A stretch of DNA of 64,000 bases from an uncultured bacterium (GTDB taxonomy: Bacteria; Krumholzibacteriota; Krumholzibacteriia; LZORAL124-64-63), in the NCBI GenBank assembly GCA_963732385.1, contig CAVSZB010000008.1, positions 96,001 to 160,000 on the forward strand, read 5' to 3'. Positions 37,684 to 48,472 of the stretch are shown here, in pieces; the stretch's first letter is position 1, and every line of letters starts with the position of its first letter. The notes beneath the pieces were generated by a model. The model was not told the origin of the DNA. It saw only the letters and a list, made by a program, of their open reading frames with translations, and made no database searches. The position numbers were made by a program, and so were the translations under genes.

Positions 37684-38709
37684 ATGGCGTGGCTCGACCT
37701 GCGGAGCGACACGGTTACCCGCCCTTCGGCGGGCATGCGGCGCGCCATGGCGGAGGCGGAGGTCGGCGACGACGTTTTCGGCGATGACCCGACCGTCATC
37801 CGTCTCGAAGAACGCGTGGCCGGATTGCTCGGCAAGGCGGCGGCGCTCTACGTGCCGAGCGGCACCATGGGCAATCAACTCGCTCTGCGCGCGCAGACCC
37901 GCCACGGCGACCAGATCGTCTGCGAGGCCGGAGCGCATATCGTCCGGTACGAAGCCGGGGCTCCGGCCGCTCTCTCGGGCCTGCTGGTCACCACGGTGCA
38001 TGACCCCGACGGTGTTCTCCGCTGGGATCTGGTTGAGCCGGTGCTCAACAACCCGGCCGATCTGCACGCCGCGCCGCCCTCGCTCATCACCTTGGAGAAC
38101 ACCCACAACCGCGCCGGCGGACGGATCGTGCCGCAGGCGTTGGTGGAGGAGGCTGGTGCGCGGGCGCACGAACGCGGGCTGAAGGTCCATCTCGACGGTG
38201 CACGGCTCTGGAACGTCCACGTGGCCGGAGGGCTGGCGCTCGATCGCCTGGCGGCGCCGGCCGACACCGTGAGCGTCTGTTTCTCCAAGGGGCTCGGCGC
38301 GCCGGTGGGTTCCGCGCTGGCCGGTCCGCGCGACACGATCGCGCGCGCGCGGCGGATCCGGAAGCAGTGGGGCGGCGGCATGCGGCAGGTCGGCATTCTC
38401 GCTGCGGCCTGCCTCTACGCGCTCGACCATCATCTGGAGCGGCTGGCCGAGGACCATGACCATGCGCGGGCGTTGGTGGAGAGGCTGGAGAACCCGCGGC
38501 TGCGCCCGTTGCACCCGGTCGAAACGAATATCGTGATCCTGGGCGTGCAGCCGCCCGCGACTGCGGAAGGTCTGCTCGCCCATCTGCGGGCGGAAGGAAT
38601 CCTCGCCGTGCCGTTCGGTCCGGACCGGGTGCGCTTCATCCCCAATCTGGACGTCGACGCCGCGGGGATCGCGCGCGTCATCGCGGCGCTCAACGCCTGG
38701 CGCGGCTGA
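37684..38709 (+). CDS. ltaE: Low-specificity L-threonine aldolase
   Basis: DLRSDTVT, SGTMGN, ENTHN, HLDGARLWN, SKGLGAP, GGGMRQ. Confidence 0.92.
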   Translation: MAWLDLRSDTVTRPSAGMRRAMAEAEVGDDVFGDDPTVIRLEERVAGLLGKAAALYVPSGTMGNQLALRAQTRHGDQIVCEAGAHIVRYEAGAPAALSGLLVTTVHDPDGVLRWDLVEPVLNNPADLHAAPPSLITLENTHNRAGGRIVPQALVEEAGARAHERGLKVHLDGARLWNVHVAGGLALDRLAAPADTVSVCFSKGLGAPVGSALAGPRDTIARARRIRKQWGGGMRQVGILAAACLYALDHHLERLAEDHDHARALVERLENPRLRPLHPVETNIVILGVQPPATAEGLLAHLRAEGILAVPFGPDRVRFIPNLDVDAAGIARVIAALNAWRG

Positions 38710-38739
38710 GCGGCGCCTCCCGGCGGGAAGGGCGGAATC

Positions 38740-39564
38740 ATGCACGACAATGCGCATCCCGGCACGATGGACGCCTGGACCGTGTCGCCGGAACAGGCGG
38801 CGGCGATCGCGGCGGCATTTGTGGCCGACACGGTCGCGGCGTCCGGCGCGGCGGGCGTCGTGGTCGGCCTCTCGGGCGGCATCGACTCGGCGGTGGCGGC
38901 GGCGCTCGCGGTGCGCGGGCTCGGCGCGTCGCGGGTGCGGGGACTGCTGCTGCCGTACGTCACCAGCGCTCCCACCTCCCTGTCCGACGCGCGGGCAGTG
39001 GCCGCGTGCCTCGGTGTGCAGACGGAACTGCTCGATATCACCGCGGTGGTGGACGCCCTGCTGCAGCGACTGCCCAACACGAATCGGGTTCGGCGGGGCA
39101 ACGTGATGGCGCGCGTGCGGATGATCGCACTCTTCGACCTGTCGGCGCGCGAGAGAGCGCTCGTGCTTGGCACCGGCAATCGCAGTGAGATCCTGCTCGG
39201 CTACACGACCCTGCACGGCGATGCGGCCTGCGGTCTCAACCCGATCGGCAATCTCTACAAGACGGAAATCCGCAGTCTCGCCGCCCATCTGGGGTTGCCC
39301 GAGGCGGTCATCTGCAAGCCCCCGAGCGCCGACCTGTGGGTGGGGCAGGCGGACGAGGAAGAACTGGGATTCACCTATGCCGAGGTCGACCGGCTGCTGC
39401 ATCACCTGGTGGACGAGGAGTTGGGAGACCGCCAGCTGGCGGCGCTCGGCTTCGCGCCCGATCTGGTATCGCAGGTGCGCGCCCGGGTGCGTGCCATGGC
39501 GTTCAAGCGCCGCCTGCCGCTCATGGCCGACTTTCCCGGCCGGTTGTCGCCGGCGGACGGCTGA
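38740..39564 (+). CDS. nadE: NH3-dependent NAD+ synthetase
   Basis: GLSGGIDS, GNVMARVRM, GTGNRSE, PSADLWVGQADE. Confidence 0.93.
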   Translation: MHDNAHPGTMDAWTVSPEQAAAIAAAFVADTVAASGAAGVVVGLSGGIDSAVAAALAVRGLGASRVRGLLLPYVTSAPTSLSDARAVAACLGVQTELLDITAVVDALLQRLPNTNRVRRGNVMARVRMIALFDLSARERALVLGTGNRSEILLGYTTLHGDAACGLNPIGNLYKTEIRSLAAHLGLPEAVICKPPSADLWVGQADEEELGFTYAEVDRLLHHLVDEELGDRQLAALGFAPDLVSQVRARVRAMAFKRRLPLMADFPGRLSPADG

Positions 39565-39569
39565 GTGTC

Positions 39570-40316
39570 GTGGCCTCCCTGGAGTTGCCGGCGATCGACT
39601 TTCCGCCCGGCGGGTGTCTGTTCGTGGCGACACCGATCGGCAACCTCGACGACATGACGCTGCGCGGGTTGGCCGCGCTCGCGGCGGCCGACACGGTGTA
39701 CGCGGAGGACACCCGGCGCACACGCCGGTTGTTGTCCCGCTATGGGCTCCCGGCCCGCCTGGTGAGCTACCACGACCACAGCCGCGCCGGCGTGGTGGAA
39801 GGCATCGTGGAGCGCCTGCGCGCGGGCGAGCGGGTCGTGGTCGTGAGCGACGCCGGCACGCCGGCCATCTCCGACCCGGGCTTTTCGCTGCTGCGCGCCC
39901 TGCGCGCGGCGGGGTTGCCGTGGTCGACGGTGCCGGGACCGTCGAGCGTGTTGGCGGCGCTGTTGCTGGCCGGCTTTCCCACCGACCGGTTCCTGTTCGC
40001 CGGGTATCCGCCGCGGCGGCCGGGGGCGGCGCGGCGCTTTCTGCAGGCGGCGCTCGATGCCGGCTGCACCACGGTGGTGCTCGAATCGTGCCACCGCGCG
40101 CGCGCCACGCTCGGCATGGTGGCAGAACTGGCGCCGGGTCGGGAAATTGCGCTCGCGCGCGAGATCACGAAGGTCCACGAGGAGACGCTGCGCGGCACCG
40201 CCGCGCAAGTGCTCGGGATGATGACGGGACCGCGGCTCAAAGGCGAACTGGTGCTGGTGCTCCGCGGCGGGGACGGCGCGGACGACACGGCCCCGGAAGA
40301 TCCGGACGGGGAGTAG
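39570..40316 (+). CDS. rsmI: 16S rRNA (cytidine1402-2'-O)-methyltransferase
   Basis: VATPIGNLDD, AEDTR, VSDAGTPAISDPG, REITKVHEE. Confidence 0.93.
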   Translation: MASLELPAIDFPPGGCLFVATPIGNLDDMTLRGLAALAAADTVYAEDTRRTRRLLSRYGLPARLVSYHDHSRAGVVEGIVERLRAGERVVVVSDAGTPAISDPGFSLLRALRAAGLPWSTVPGPSSVLAALLLAGFPTDRFLFAGYPPRRPGAARRFLQAALDAGCTTVVLESCHRARATLGMVAELAPGREIALAREITKVHEETLRGTAAQVLGMMTGPRLKGELVLVLRGGDGADDTAPEDPDGE

Positions 40317-40320
40317 CGTC

Positions 40321-40956
40321 GTGGGCATGGCGGAGATCAAGCAGGGGTTCCGCGCGGTGGTGCGTCCTCTCGTGCATGCGCTCGACCGGCTCGGTGTTTC
40401 GCCGCTCGGCGTGACCCTCGCCGGCCTCGCGCTCAGCGCGGCGGCCGCCGTGGTGATCGCCGGCGGGCGGCTGCGGCTGGGGGCGTTGCTGCTGACGCTC
40501 GGCGCCGGGCTCGACATGGTCGACGGCGACCTGGCGCGCCTGCAGGGGCGCGCGTCGAAGCAGGGCGCGTTCCTCGATTCCAACCTCGACCGTCTGGCCG
40601 AGGCGTTCGTCTTCCTGGGGCTGCTCTGGTTCTACCTCACCGCCCTGCCGCAGCCCCGCCCGATCACCGCGATGCTGGCCATGGCCGCGGTCGTCGGCTC
40701 GCTCACGACCAGTTACGCCCGGGCGCGCGCCGAGGGACTCGGCACGACCTGCGGTGAGGGTATTTTCCAGCGGCCCGAGCGCATGGTTCTCCTGCTCGTG
40801 GGACTGCTGCTGGGCTGGAGAGGGCTGGAGTGGGTCATCGGGGCTCTGGCCGTGCTCAGCCTGGCCACGACGGTGCAGCGCATCATCCACGTCAGTCGTA
40901 AGCTTGCGGTCGAGGCGCCGGCCGACCGACGCGGGCGGGGGAGGCGAAAGTCATGA
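40321..40956 (+). CDS. CDP-alcohol phosphatidyltransferase (PgsA/PIP-synthase-like)
   Basis: DMVDGDLAR...GAFLDSNLDR, SYARARAE, RPER. Confidence 0.9.
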   Translation: MGMAEIKQGFRAVVRPLVHALDRLGVSPLGVTLAGLALSAAAAVVIAGGRLRLGALLLTLGAGLDMVDGDLARLQGRASKQGAFLDSNLDRLAEAFVFLGLLWFYLTALPQPRPITAMLAMAAVVGSLTTSYARARAEGLGTTCGEGIFQRPERMVLLLVGLLLGWRGLEWVIGALAVLSLATTVQRIIHVSRKLAVEAPADRRGRGRRKS

Positions 40957-41624
40957 CGCCAGGGACGGCCCGGCCCGATCGTCAGCCGGGCCTGCTGATC
41001 ACCTTCGAAGGCCCCGAGGGGAGCGGCAAGACGACGCTGGTGCAGGGCCTGACCGAGCGTCTCGTGAATTGCGGTTGCGAACCGGTCGTGGTCCGGGAGC
41101 CGGGGGGGACCGACGCCGGCGAGGCGATCCGGCAGGTGCTGCTCGATCCCGGCGGCGCCGAGCTGTGCGCGGAGGCGGAACTGCTGCTGATGGTGGCCAG
41201 CCGCGCCCAGCTGGTGCGCGAAAAGCTCAAGCCGGCCCTTGCCGCGGGGATGATCGTGCTGTGCGATCGCTTCGCCGATGCCTCGGTGGCCTACCAGGGC
41301 TGGGGGCGCGAGCTGGGAGTGGACGCCGTGCGCCAGGCCAATGCCTTCGCCCTCGACGGGCTCATGCCCGACCTCACCTTCCTCTGCCTGCTCTCCCCGG
41401 AGGAGGGACGTGCCCGGCTGGCCGGTCGCGATCGCGAAGCGGATCGTCTCGACCGCGAAAGCCTCGCTTTCCACCGTCGGGTCTACGAGGGTTACCTGGA
41501 GATGGCCGGCTCCGGGGACCCCCGTTTCCATGTCATCGACGCCACTCGTCCGCCGGCCGCGATGCTGGAACAGGCGCTGGTCCGCCTGCACAGCCTGGAA
41601 CACGGTTTGCTTAAATACGTTTAA
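40953..41624 (+). CDS. tmk: Thymidylate kinase
   Basis: FEGPEGSGKTT, REPGGT, CDRFADASVAYQG. Confidence 0.95.
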   Translation: MTPGTARPDRQPGLLITFEGPEGSGKTTLVQGLTERLVNCGCEPVVVREPGGTDAGEAIRQVLLDPGGAELCAEAELLLMVASRAQLVREKLKPALAAGMIVLCDRFADASVAYQGWGRELGVDAVRQANAFALDGLMPDLTFLCLLSPEEGRARLAGRDREADRLDRESLAFHRRVYEGYLEMAGSGDPRFHVIDATRPPAAMLEQALVRLHSLEHGLLKYV

Positions 41625-41690
41625 GCCCTTTATGTAATTGGCGAAATCCAGGGTGCCCGCGGCCCTCACCCCCGCCAGAAAGTCGGTATC

Positions 41691-43448
41691 ATGCTCATGG
41701 ACAGCGAGTTGCGCGCGCCGGTTCGTCGCCGACGCTCACCTGTGCCGTTTGCCACCGTCGCGCTGCTGCTGGCTCTGCCGCTGTTGCCGGGAGGGGGGAC
41801 TCCCGGGGCCGGGGAGGTCGTCAAGACCCCCATGCAGCGCGAAACCGAGGCGCTGAACCTGATGGGTCGGGTATTCGAGTACGTCTACAAGAACTATGTG
41901 GACGAGGTCGACCCGCAGAAGATTTCCGAGGCGGCCGTGCGCGGCATGCTGGCCGAGCTGGACGAGCATTCCCAGTTCCTGCCGCCCCAGAACTACGAAG
42001 ACCTCATGTTGTCCACCGAGGGTGAATTCGGTGGGCTGGGCATCACCATCGTGATCCGCGATCACTATCCGACCGTGGTTTCGCCGATCGAGGGGACGCC
42101 GGCCTTTTTCATGGGCATCCAGGGTGGTGACCAGATCGTCGACATCGAGGGCAAGCCCACGTACGACTGGAAGAGCGATCAGGCGGTGAAACTGCTGCGC
42201 GGCGAGCCCGGCACGCGCGTCAGCCTGAAGATCCGCCGCGAAGGGGCGCCGGCGGCGCTGCCGTTCACGATCACGCGGGACATTATCAAGGTCGAGAGTG
42301 TGCCGTACGCCTTCATGATCGGCGACGTCGGCTACGTGCGCATCCAGAACTTCTCCCGCACCACGGGATCGGAACTGCGGACGAAGCTCGACGATCTCGA
42401 GAAGCAGGGCGCGAAGGGGGTCATGCTCGACCTGCGCTGGAATCCCGGCGGCCTGCTCACGGCGGCCAAGGAGGTCGGCGAGCTGTTTCTCGACCGCGGC
42501 AAGCTGCTGGTCTTCACGAAGGGGCGGTTGCAGCAGCAGAACGTCTCCTACTACAGCGAACCGCGAGGGCAGGTGCACAACAGGTTGCCCATGGTCGTGC
42601 TGGTCAACGGCTCCTCGGCCTCGGCCAGCGAGATCGTGGCCGCCGCGCTGCAGGACCACGATGCCGGGCTGATCGTCGGCAAGACGACCTTTGGCAAAGG
42701 CTCGGTGCAGACAGTCTATCGGCTCGACGAGGAGTCGGCCCTCAAGCTGACCACGGCCAAGTATTACACGCCCTCCGGCCGGTCGATCCACAAGGACCGG
42801 CACAAGGACGACTCGGACCTCGACCTTGTCGACGGCGATGCCGTGCCCGAGCCATCCCCCGCGCCCGGGCTGCAGCCGGCCGATCCTGAGGTTCCACGCC
42901 ACGAGAAGGAGCAGTTCAGGACCGACATGGGCCGCACCGTGTACGGCGGAGGCGGGATCACCCCCGACGTGGAGATCGACCAGCCGCTGCTGAACGACTA
43001 CCAGGTCGCTCTCGAGCGGGACGGCGCGCTGTTCAGCTTCGCCACCCACTACGCCGCGCAGCACAAGCTCACGCCGGAGTTCAAGGCCGACCCGGCCGTG
43101 CTGGCCGACTTCCGTGGCTTTTTGGGCCAGCGCGAAAAGTTCCCGGAGTATCTGAAAGAGTACAGGCTGCGCCCGGCCGCCGCCGATTCCCTCTTCGACG
43201 TCAACCGCGACTATCTGGCGCGCGGCATCCGCCGCGAGATCATGCGTCGCGGCTTCGGCGCCCAGGCGGCCTACAAGGTCGCCATCGAGGAGGACACGCA
43301 GCTCCACGAGGCGCTCAACCTGTTCAAACAGGCGAAGACCCTGCCGGCGCTGCTGAAGTACGCGGCCGAGTGGAACGAGCGGCAGCTGCAGCAGGCCAGG
43401 GCTGCGGAGAAGGATCAGCCGGTCGTGCCGGTGGAGAGCAGGCAGTAG
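41691..43448 (+). CDS. ctpA: C-terminal processing peptidase S41 with PDZ domain
   Basis: FGGLGI, DLRWNPGG, SASASEI, GKGSVQ, GGITPD. Confidence 0.92.
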   Translation: MLMDSELRAPVRRRRSPVPFATVALLLALPLLPGGGTPGAGEVVKTPMQRETEALNLMGRVFEYVYKNYVDEVDPQKISEAAVRGMLAELDEHSQFLPPQNYEDLMLSTEGEFGGLGITIVIRDHYPTVVSPIEGTPAFFMGIQGGDQIVDIEGKPTYDWKSDQAVKLLRGEPGTRVSLKIRREGAPAALPFTITRDIIKVESVPYAFMIGDVGYVRIQNFSRTTGSELRTKLDDLEKQGAKGVMLDLRWNPGGLLTAAKEVGELFLDRGKLLVFTKGRLQQQNVSYYSEPRGQVHNRLPMVVLVNGSSASASEIVAAALQDHDAGLIVGKTTFGKGSVQTVYRLDEESALKLTTAKYYTPSGRSIHKDRHKDDSDLDLVDGDAVPEPSPAPGLQPADPEVPRHEKEQFRTDMGRTVYGGGGITPDVEIDQPLLNDYQVALERDGALFSFATHYAAQHKLTPEFKADPAVLADFRGFLGQREKFPEYLKEYRLRPAAADSLFDVNRDYLARGIRREIMRRGFGAQAAYKVAIEEDTQLHEALNLFKQAKTLPALLKYAAEWNERQLQQARAAEKDQPVVPVESRQ

Positions 43449-43461
43449 CCGTCGGCGCGGA

Positions 43462-45492
43462 TCAGGCGGGCGCCGGTTCGGGGACGATCGCCGTGGCGCC
43501 GGCCGCAGCCTCTGCGAGCGCCCTGTCCAGGGCGAGGGCGTCGATCGGCTTCGTCAGATGAGCGTCCATGCCGGCCTCGATGGCTCGCGCCCGCTCCGAT
43601 TCCAGGGCGTGAGCCGTAAGCGCAAAGATCGGCGTGCGGCTGGGGCGACCCGCTTCGGCCGCGCGGATGCGGCGCGTCGCCTCGTAGCCGTCCATCTCCG
43701 GCATCTGGATGTCCATCAGCACGGCATCGAATTCCCCGACGGACCACGCGGCCAGCGCGGCCGCGCCATCGCCCACCAGGTGGACGGAGTGCCCGCGCCG
43801 CTCGAGCAGCCGACGCACGAGCAGCTGGTTGACGGCGTTGTCCTCCGCGACAAGCAGACGCAGCGGCTCGGCCGGCGGAGCGTCGACGTCGGCGGGGGGC
43901 GGAAGCGCGGCAGCGATCGCTGCGCCCGCCTGGGGTGTTGCAGCCTGTATCGTGAAATGGAAGATGCTGCCGCGCCCGACCTGGCTGATCACCCCGATCT
44001 GCCCGTCCATCGCCTCGACCAGCCGCTGGGTGATGGCCAGACCGAGCCCGGTGCCCCCCTGGCGGCGGGTCAGGGTGCCGTCGACCTGCATGAAGGAGGC
44101 GAAGATCGCCTGCTGCTGGTCGGCCGGGATGCCGCAGCCGGTGTCGTGAACCCGGAAGGTCAGTGTGATTGCGGTCGGCGGTTCGGCGCTCACGGGGGTT
44201 TCGGCGCGGTCGACCTCCACGTTCACGCCGCCGCGCTCGGTGAACTTCAGCGCGTTGCCCACGAGGTTGTAGAGCACCTGCTCAATTCGTCCGGGATCGC
44301 CGATCAGGGTCGCGGGCAGGTGCGGGTCGAGCCGGGTCGCCAGCGTGAGTCCCTTCTGGGTCGCAAGCGGCGCCAGGGTGCCCAGCGCGCGCCGCACGCA
44401 GGCGCGGGGATCGAACGGCGCCCGGCGCAGATCGAGACGGCCCGCCTCGATCCGGGAGAAGTCCAGCACATCGTTGATCACCCGCTGCAGCATCTCGCCG
44501 GAGGTATGCACCAGGTCGAGGTGCTGCCTCTGTTCGGCGGTCAGTTCCGTGGCCAGCGTGAGCTGGGTCAGCCCGAGGATGCCGTTGAGCGGGGTGCGGA
44601 TCTCATGGCTCATGTGGGCCAGGAAGTCGCCCTTGGCGCGGCTGGCCGCTTCGGCGGCCTCGCGGGCGGTCAGCATTTCCGCGCCGGTCCGCTGCAGCTG
44701 TCCGGCCATGTCGTTGAACGCGGTTGCCAGATCCGCTGTCTCGTCCCGGGAGGTCACCACGATACGCGTGGCGAGATCGCCGGCGCCGATCGCGCGGCTG
44801 CCCTGAGTGAGGCGGCGTAGCGACGCCGTAAGCGGCCGGGCAATGCCGACGCCGAGGAACAGGGCGATCAGGATCGTCGCCCCGCCGGTCAGCCCCACGG
44901 CGACCAGCGAGCGATGCCCGGCAGTGGTCAGAGCGTCGCTGCTGGCCCGGATTTCGGCTGTTTCGTGGCTCCGGGCGTGATTGACGGCCAGCAGGAACGC
45001 AAATTCCTCCCGCTCGAACTGCTCCTTGGCGGCCAGGAACGGCTCACCTGTGAAGCCGCTGTCCACCAGTGCCGCGATCGCCCAGCCGGCCTCGCGAAAC
45101 TTCCCGACCCGTGACCGGATGGCCCGCACGTGCTGCAGATCGGACGCATCGACGCGCGACACGAGCCATTCGTATTGAACGAAGGCCCGTTCCATATCCT
45201 CGCACCCATCGCCGATCAGGCGGCGCTCCTCGTCCTCCTGGTCCGCATCCGGTTCGACGCCGCCGAACCGGGCCTGCGTGCGCAGCAGGGCGAACTCGGT
45301 GACCGACGCCACGACGCGCAGCCCGCCGGCCCGCAGGTCATCGAGCGCCTTCAGGCTGGGGATCGTATCGGACGTGATGCTCATGGCGGACCGACGGGCG
45401 TTGCGGGTCGCGGCGAAGCTCCAGTAGGTCATTGCGGCGGCGGTGACGGCCACGGTGACATATCCGAGCAGGATCCTGGCGCCGAGCTTCAC
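43462..45492 (-). CDS. Hybrid sensor histidine kinase (periplasmic helical sensor, HAMP, HisKA, HATPase, REC)
   Basis: MSHEIRTPLNG, NLVGNALKFT, DTGCG, GTGLGL, AEDN...MDIQMPEMDG...KP. Confidence 0.95.
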   Translation of the reverse strand: MKLGARILLGYVTVAVTAAAMTYWSFAATRNARRSAMSITSDTIPSLKALDDLRAGGLRVVASVTEFALLRTQARFGGVEPDADQEDEERRLIGDGCEDMERAFVQYEWLVSRVDASDLQHVRAIRSRVGKFREAGWAIAALVDSGFTGEPFLAAKEQFEREEFAFLLAVNHARSHETAEIRASSDALTTAGHRSLVAVGLTGGATILIALFLGVGIARPLTASLRRLTQGSRAIGAGDLATRIVVTSRDETADLATAFNDMAGQLQRTGAEMLTAREAAEAASRAKGDFLAHMSHEIRTPLNGILGLTQLTLATELTAEQRQHLDLVHTSGEMLQRVINDVLDFSRIEAGRLDLRRAPFDPRACVRRALGTLAPLATQKGLTLATRLDPHLPATLIGDPGRIEQVLYNLVGNALKFTERGGVNVEVDRAETPVSAEPPTAITLTFRVHDTGCGIPADQQQAIFASFMQVDGTLTRRQGGTGLGLAITQRLVEAMDGQIGVISQVGRGSIFHFTIQAATPQAGAAIAAALPPPADVDAPPAEPLRLLVAEDNAVNQLLVRRLLERRGHSVHLVGDGAAALAAWSVGEFDAVLMDIQMPEMDGYEATRRIRAAEAGRPSRTPIFALTAHALESERARAIEAGMDAHLTKPIDALALDRALAEAAAGATAIVPEPAPA

Positions 45493-45614
45493 GCGGCCTC
45501 TCCCGGAGCGACATGGCGAGGCCCGGGCCGCAGGCTGCGGTCCGGGTCCCTCGTTATCGGTTGCCCCGGGGCGGAATTGAGTCTTTCCGAGTCGCGGATC
45601 GGACGAAAAGCGGA

Positions 45615-48344
45615 CTAGATCTGGAACCAGTTTGTGATTTTGAACATCACGATGTGGTCGCCCGGCGCGTCGAGCAGCGATCGCGTGTCGCGGCCGAGGC
45701 GAAAATCGCCGGGGTCGTCCAGGTTGACGCGATCCTGGGTCCAGACCAGGAAGGCGGTCGAGCCGGGCCGGTATTCCCAGCGCAGCACCACGTTCGCTTT
45801 CAGCGACTTGAAATTGAAGTCGGGGTCGTCGAGCGCGAACGGCGTCACGGGGCCGGCGCCGTCGGGGTCGATCGTGTAGGCGCGGGCGGACGGGTCGTAG
45901 GTCATGGTCGAACCGTTGTCCTGGCCGTAGCGGTTGAATTCATGCGTACCTGGCCGCGCCAGTTCCATCGGGCCGCGATAGCGCCCGGCCGCGAACAGGG
46001 GCTGCAGGTACGACTGCAGCGTCAGGCGCGGCGTAAAGGTCCAGTCGATCCGGGTGACCAGGCTGAACTCGCGGTAGTCGAGGTCTGCGAAGAGGTAGCG
46101 CGCGCCGCCGGTGGCGGTCATGGCCGGGTCATCGACGCGGTCCACCCACTGCGCCCGATCGTGCGTGAAGACGAGCGCCGGACCGCACGACAGGCGCACG
46201 GCGCTGCGCGGCCGCCATGCCAGGGCGAGGGAGGTGTTGTATCCTTCGCTGTTGTTGTCCGCGCGCCAGATCCCTCCCTGCGATTCCGCCACCAGGTTGC
46301 GCCGCGAGTCGGAGCAGAGGTACCAGTTCAGCTCGAGGTTGGCCGGCAGGAGCATGTTCGGCCCGCCCCGGGTGGCGCGCGTGCTGTTGCGCTCCGGATT
46401 GTAGAAGAGCTGCGTTTCGAGATGCCAGTAGTTGGCGAAATCGCACCAGGCGAAGTTGCCCACTCCCCTGGCGTCAGGCACGCCGCCGAAATCCCAGGTG
46501 CGGAAGGCGGCCAGGGTGACGGAACGGCCGCGGAACGCTCCCTTCGGCTCGAGCCACCGATAGCCGGCGGCCAGGTGCCAGTTGACGTTGTCGGCGCGTC
46601 CCTGATAGCCGAGATCGCTGATCTCGTAGCCGGGCGACACCGCGCCCAGCGCTGTGTTGAGCGTGAAGGAGCCTGATTCGCGGTTCAACATCGCGCGGCC
46701 GGCCCAGCCGGTGAGCGAGGTGCGCGCGGGATCGTACGCGAGATGGTCGCCGTCCGGGCGCTGCAGGTAGTGCCGCGAGGAGCGTTGGATCGCGTCGATG
46801 GCCGCCGGCTCGCCGGTCACCCGGCTCGCGCTCAGGAAGCCCTTCACGGCCCAGACGCGGCGCTCGTCGAGGGCGAGCCAGCCGTCGAGGCCGGCGCTCT
46901 GGGCGCTGCGCGTGAGGCCGGCGGCCGCCAGCGGGTCGTCGAGCTCACGCCGGACGCCGGTCAGCATGGCGCCGAGCCCGCTGCGCCCGTCGTCGCGCGC
47001 CCGCTTCAGCCGCAGCACCGTGTAGCCGGCGCCCGGCTCGACGAGCTGGTCGGCGCGGGTGTCGTCGAGCGCGAGGCGGGCCTGCTCGCGCGCGGTGACG
47101 GCGGCCAGCAACCCGAGGTCGGTGCGGCCGATCCGCCCGCTCAGCTTGGCGGCCCCGAGGATGGTCGTCGCCCCGGGCGCGTCGGCGTAGTCGTGCGCGC
47201 CGAGGTCGAGCTGCGGCGCCCGTCCGATGCGCCGGCTGTAGAACGGCAGGGGTTCGGTCCAGTTGAAATTCCAGCTGTTGTTGGTCCCCTCGCGCCCGAA
47301 CCGGAACAGATTCGCCTGCTCGACGAAGAACGGCCGGCGCTCCTCGAAGAAGGTCTCGAAGTCGGACAGGTTCACCACCGCCGGATCCACCTCGACCTGC
47401 CCGAAGTCGGGGTTGACGGTGGCGTTGAGCGTGAGCTGGTTCGACAGGCCCCACCGCAGGTCGGCGCCACCGGCGCCGTGGACGCGCGAGCCGTCGTTGA
47501 ACGGATCGCCCGGCGCCGCCTGCAGGTACTCGGCCCGACCCGCGCCATACACCAGCAGCTCCCGCCGGCTGGAAGGGGCGATCCCGCTGATGCCGACCAG
47601 GTCGGGATAGCGCCGCACCGCGCCCCCCTCCTCCCGCGGCCGGAAATAGAGGTCCTCCCGCTCCTGATAGCGCAGGATGCGCCGGCTGAAGTTGATCCCC
47701 CACACCTGCTCGACCCGCTCGGGAAAGTTCAGCTGTGCGAACGGCACCCGGAATTCGACGGTCCAGCCGTCCCGGTCAATGCGGGTGGCGACCTGCCAGA
47801 TCCCGTCCCACGACGGATCGTCCCACCCGTCGTTGTAGATCGCCGCATCCCCGATGGCCCCCGCCGGATTGACCCCGAACAGATACCCGGTGCGGTCGTC
47901 GTTGAACGTGTCGAGCACGATCACCAGCCAGTCCGAATCCGGCCACGAATCGCGCCGTCCCAACCGCGACACGATCGAATCCGGCGCGCTGTCCCACAGC
48001 CGCCCCCCGATGTACAACGCCTCGTCGTCATAGACCACCCACCAGTCGGTCTTCTGCCGCGGCGCACACCCGTTGTTCGGCTCGTTCTGCACCAGCGCGG
48101 GTCCGGAAGGCCGCTGCCAGTCCGCCTCGTCGAGCACGCCGTCGATCCGGAGAGGAGCGGTGGCGCGGTAGGCGCGCACCGAGGCGGCCGGGCGGACGCG
48201 GACGGTGTCGGCGCAGTCGCGGCGGGGGGCGGGGGGCTGGGCGATAGCGCGGGGGGCGGGCGAAAGGAGGGCGGCCAGGAAAAACGCAGTCACGGCCAGG
48301 GCGAGGCGGGACGGAATTCGGGGGATCGGAACGCGGGACAGCAT
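45615..48344 (-). CDS. CBM9-like/DOMON domain plus DUF5916 outer-membrane protein
   Basis: IDGVLDEADW, GWTVEFRVPF, TVNPDFGQVEVD, EERRPFF, FYSRRIG, VLRWEYRPGS. Confidence 0.85.
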   Translation of the reverse strand: MLSRVPIPRIPSRLALAVTAFFLAALLSPAPRAIAQPPAPRRDCADTVRVRPAASVRAYRATAPLRIDGVLDEADWQRPSGPALVQNEPNNGCAPRQKTDWWVVYDDEALYIGGRLWDSAPDSIVSRLGRRDSWPDSDWLVIVLDTFNDDRTGYLFGVNPAGAIGDAAIYNDGWDDPSWDGIWQVATRIDRDGWTVEFRVPFAQLNFPERVEQVWGINFSRRILRYQEREDLYFRPREEGGAVRRYPDLVGISGIAPSSRRELLVYGAGRAEYLQAAPGDPFNDGSRVHGAGGADLRWGLSNQLTLNATVNPDFGQVEVDPAVVNLSDFETFFEERRPFFVEQANLFRFGREGTNNSWNFNWTEPLPFYSRRIGRAPQLDLGAHDYADAPGATTILGAAKLSGRIGRTDLGLLAAVTAREQARLALDDTRADQLVEPGAGYTVLRLKRARDDGRSGLGAMLTGVRRELDDPLAAAGLTRSAQSAGLDGWLALDERRVWAVKGFLSASRVTGEPAAIDAIQRSSRHYLQRPDGDHLAYDPARTSLTGWAGRAMLNRESGSFTLNTALGAVSPGYEISDLGYQGRADNVNWHLAAGYRWLEPKGAFRGRSVTLAAFRTWDFGGVPDARGVGNFAWCDFANYWHLETQLFYNPERNSTRATRGGPNMLLPANLELNWYLCSDSRRNLVAESQGGIWRADNNSEGYNTSLALAWRPRSAVRLSCGPALVFTHDRAQWVDRVDDPAMTATGGARYLFADLDYREFSLVTRIDWTFTPRLTLQSYLQPLFAAGRYRGPMELARPGTHEFNRYGQDNGSTMTYDPSARAYTIDPDGAGPVTPFALDDPDFNFKSLKANVVLRWEYRPGSTAFLVWTQDRVNLDDPGDFRLGRDTRSLLDAPGDHIVMFKITNWFQI

Positions 48345-48472
48345 CTTTCCTGGACTCCCGGACGGTGGGTGCTGACGGGCGCGCGCGCCGGCGGCGCGGC
48401 GGGTCGAACTGCCGTTAGACGATTCACGGCAATGGATGGTTGCAGGGCGGGCCCGTCCCGGACGGGCGCGGG

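Noticed and set aside
47580..48300. Local G/C strand-skew patches (also around 12.6-13.4 kb and 54.3-54.8 kb)
   Set aside because: Reading frames and motifs continue through them; no boundaries or repeats suggesting insertion; cannot be quantified by eye
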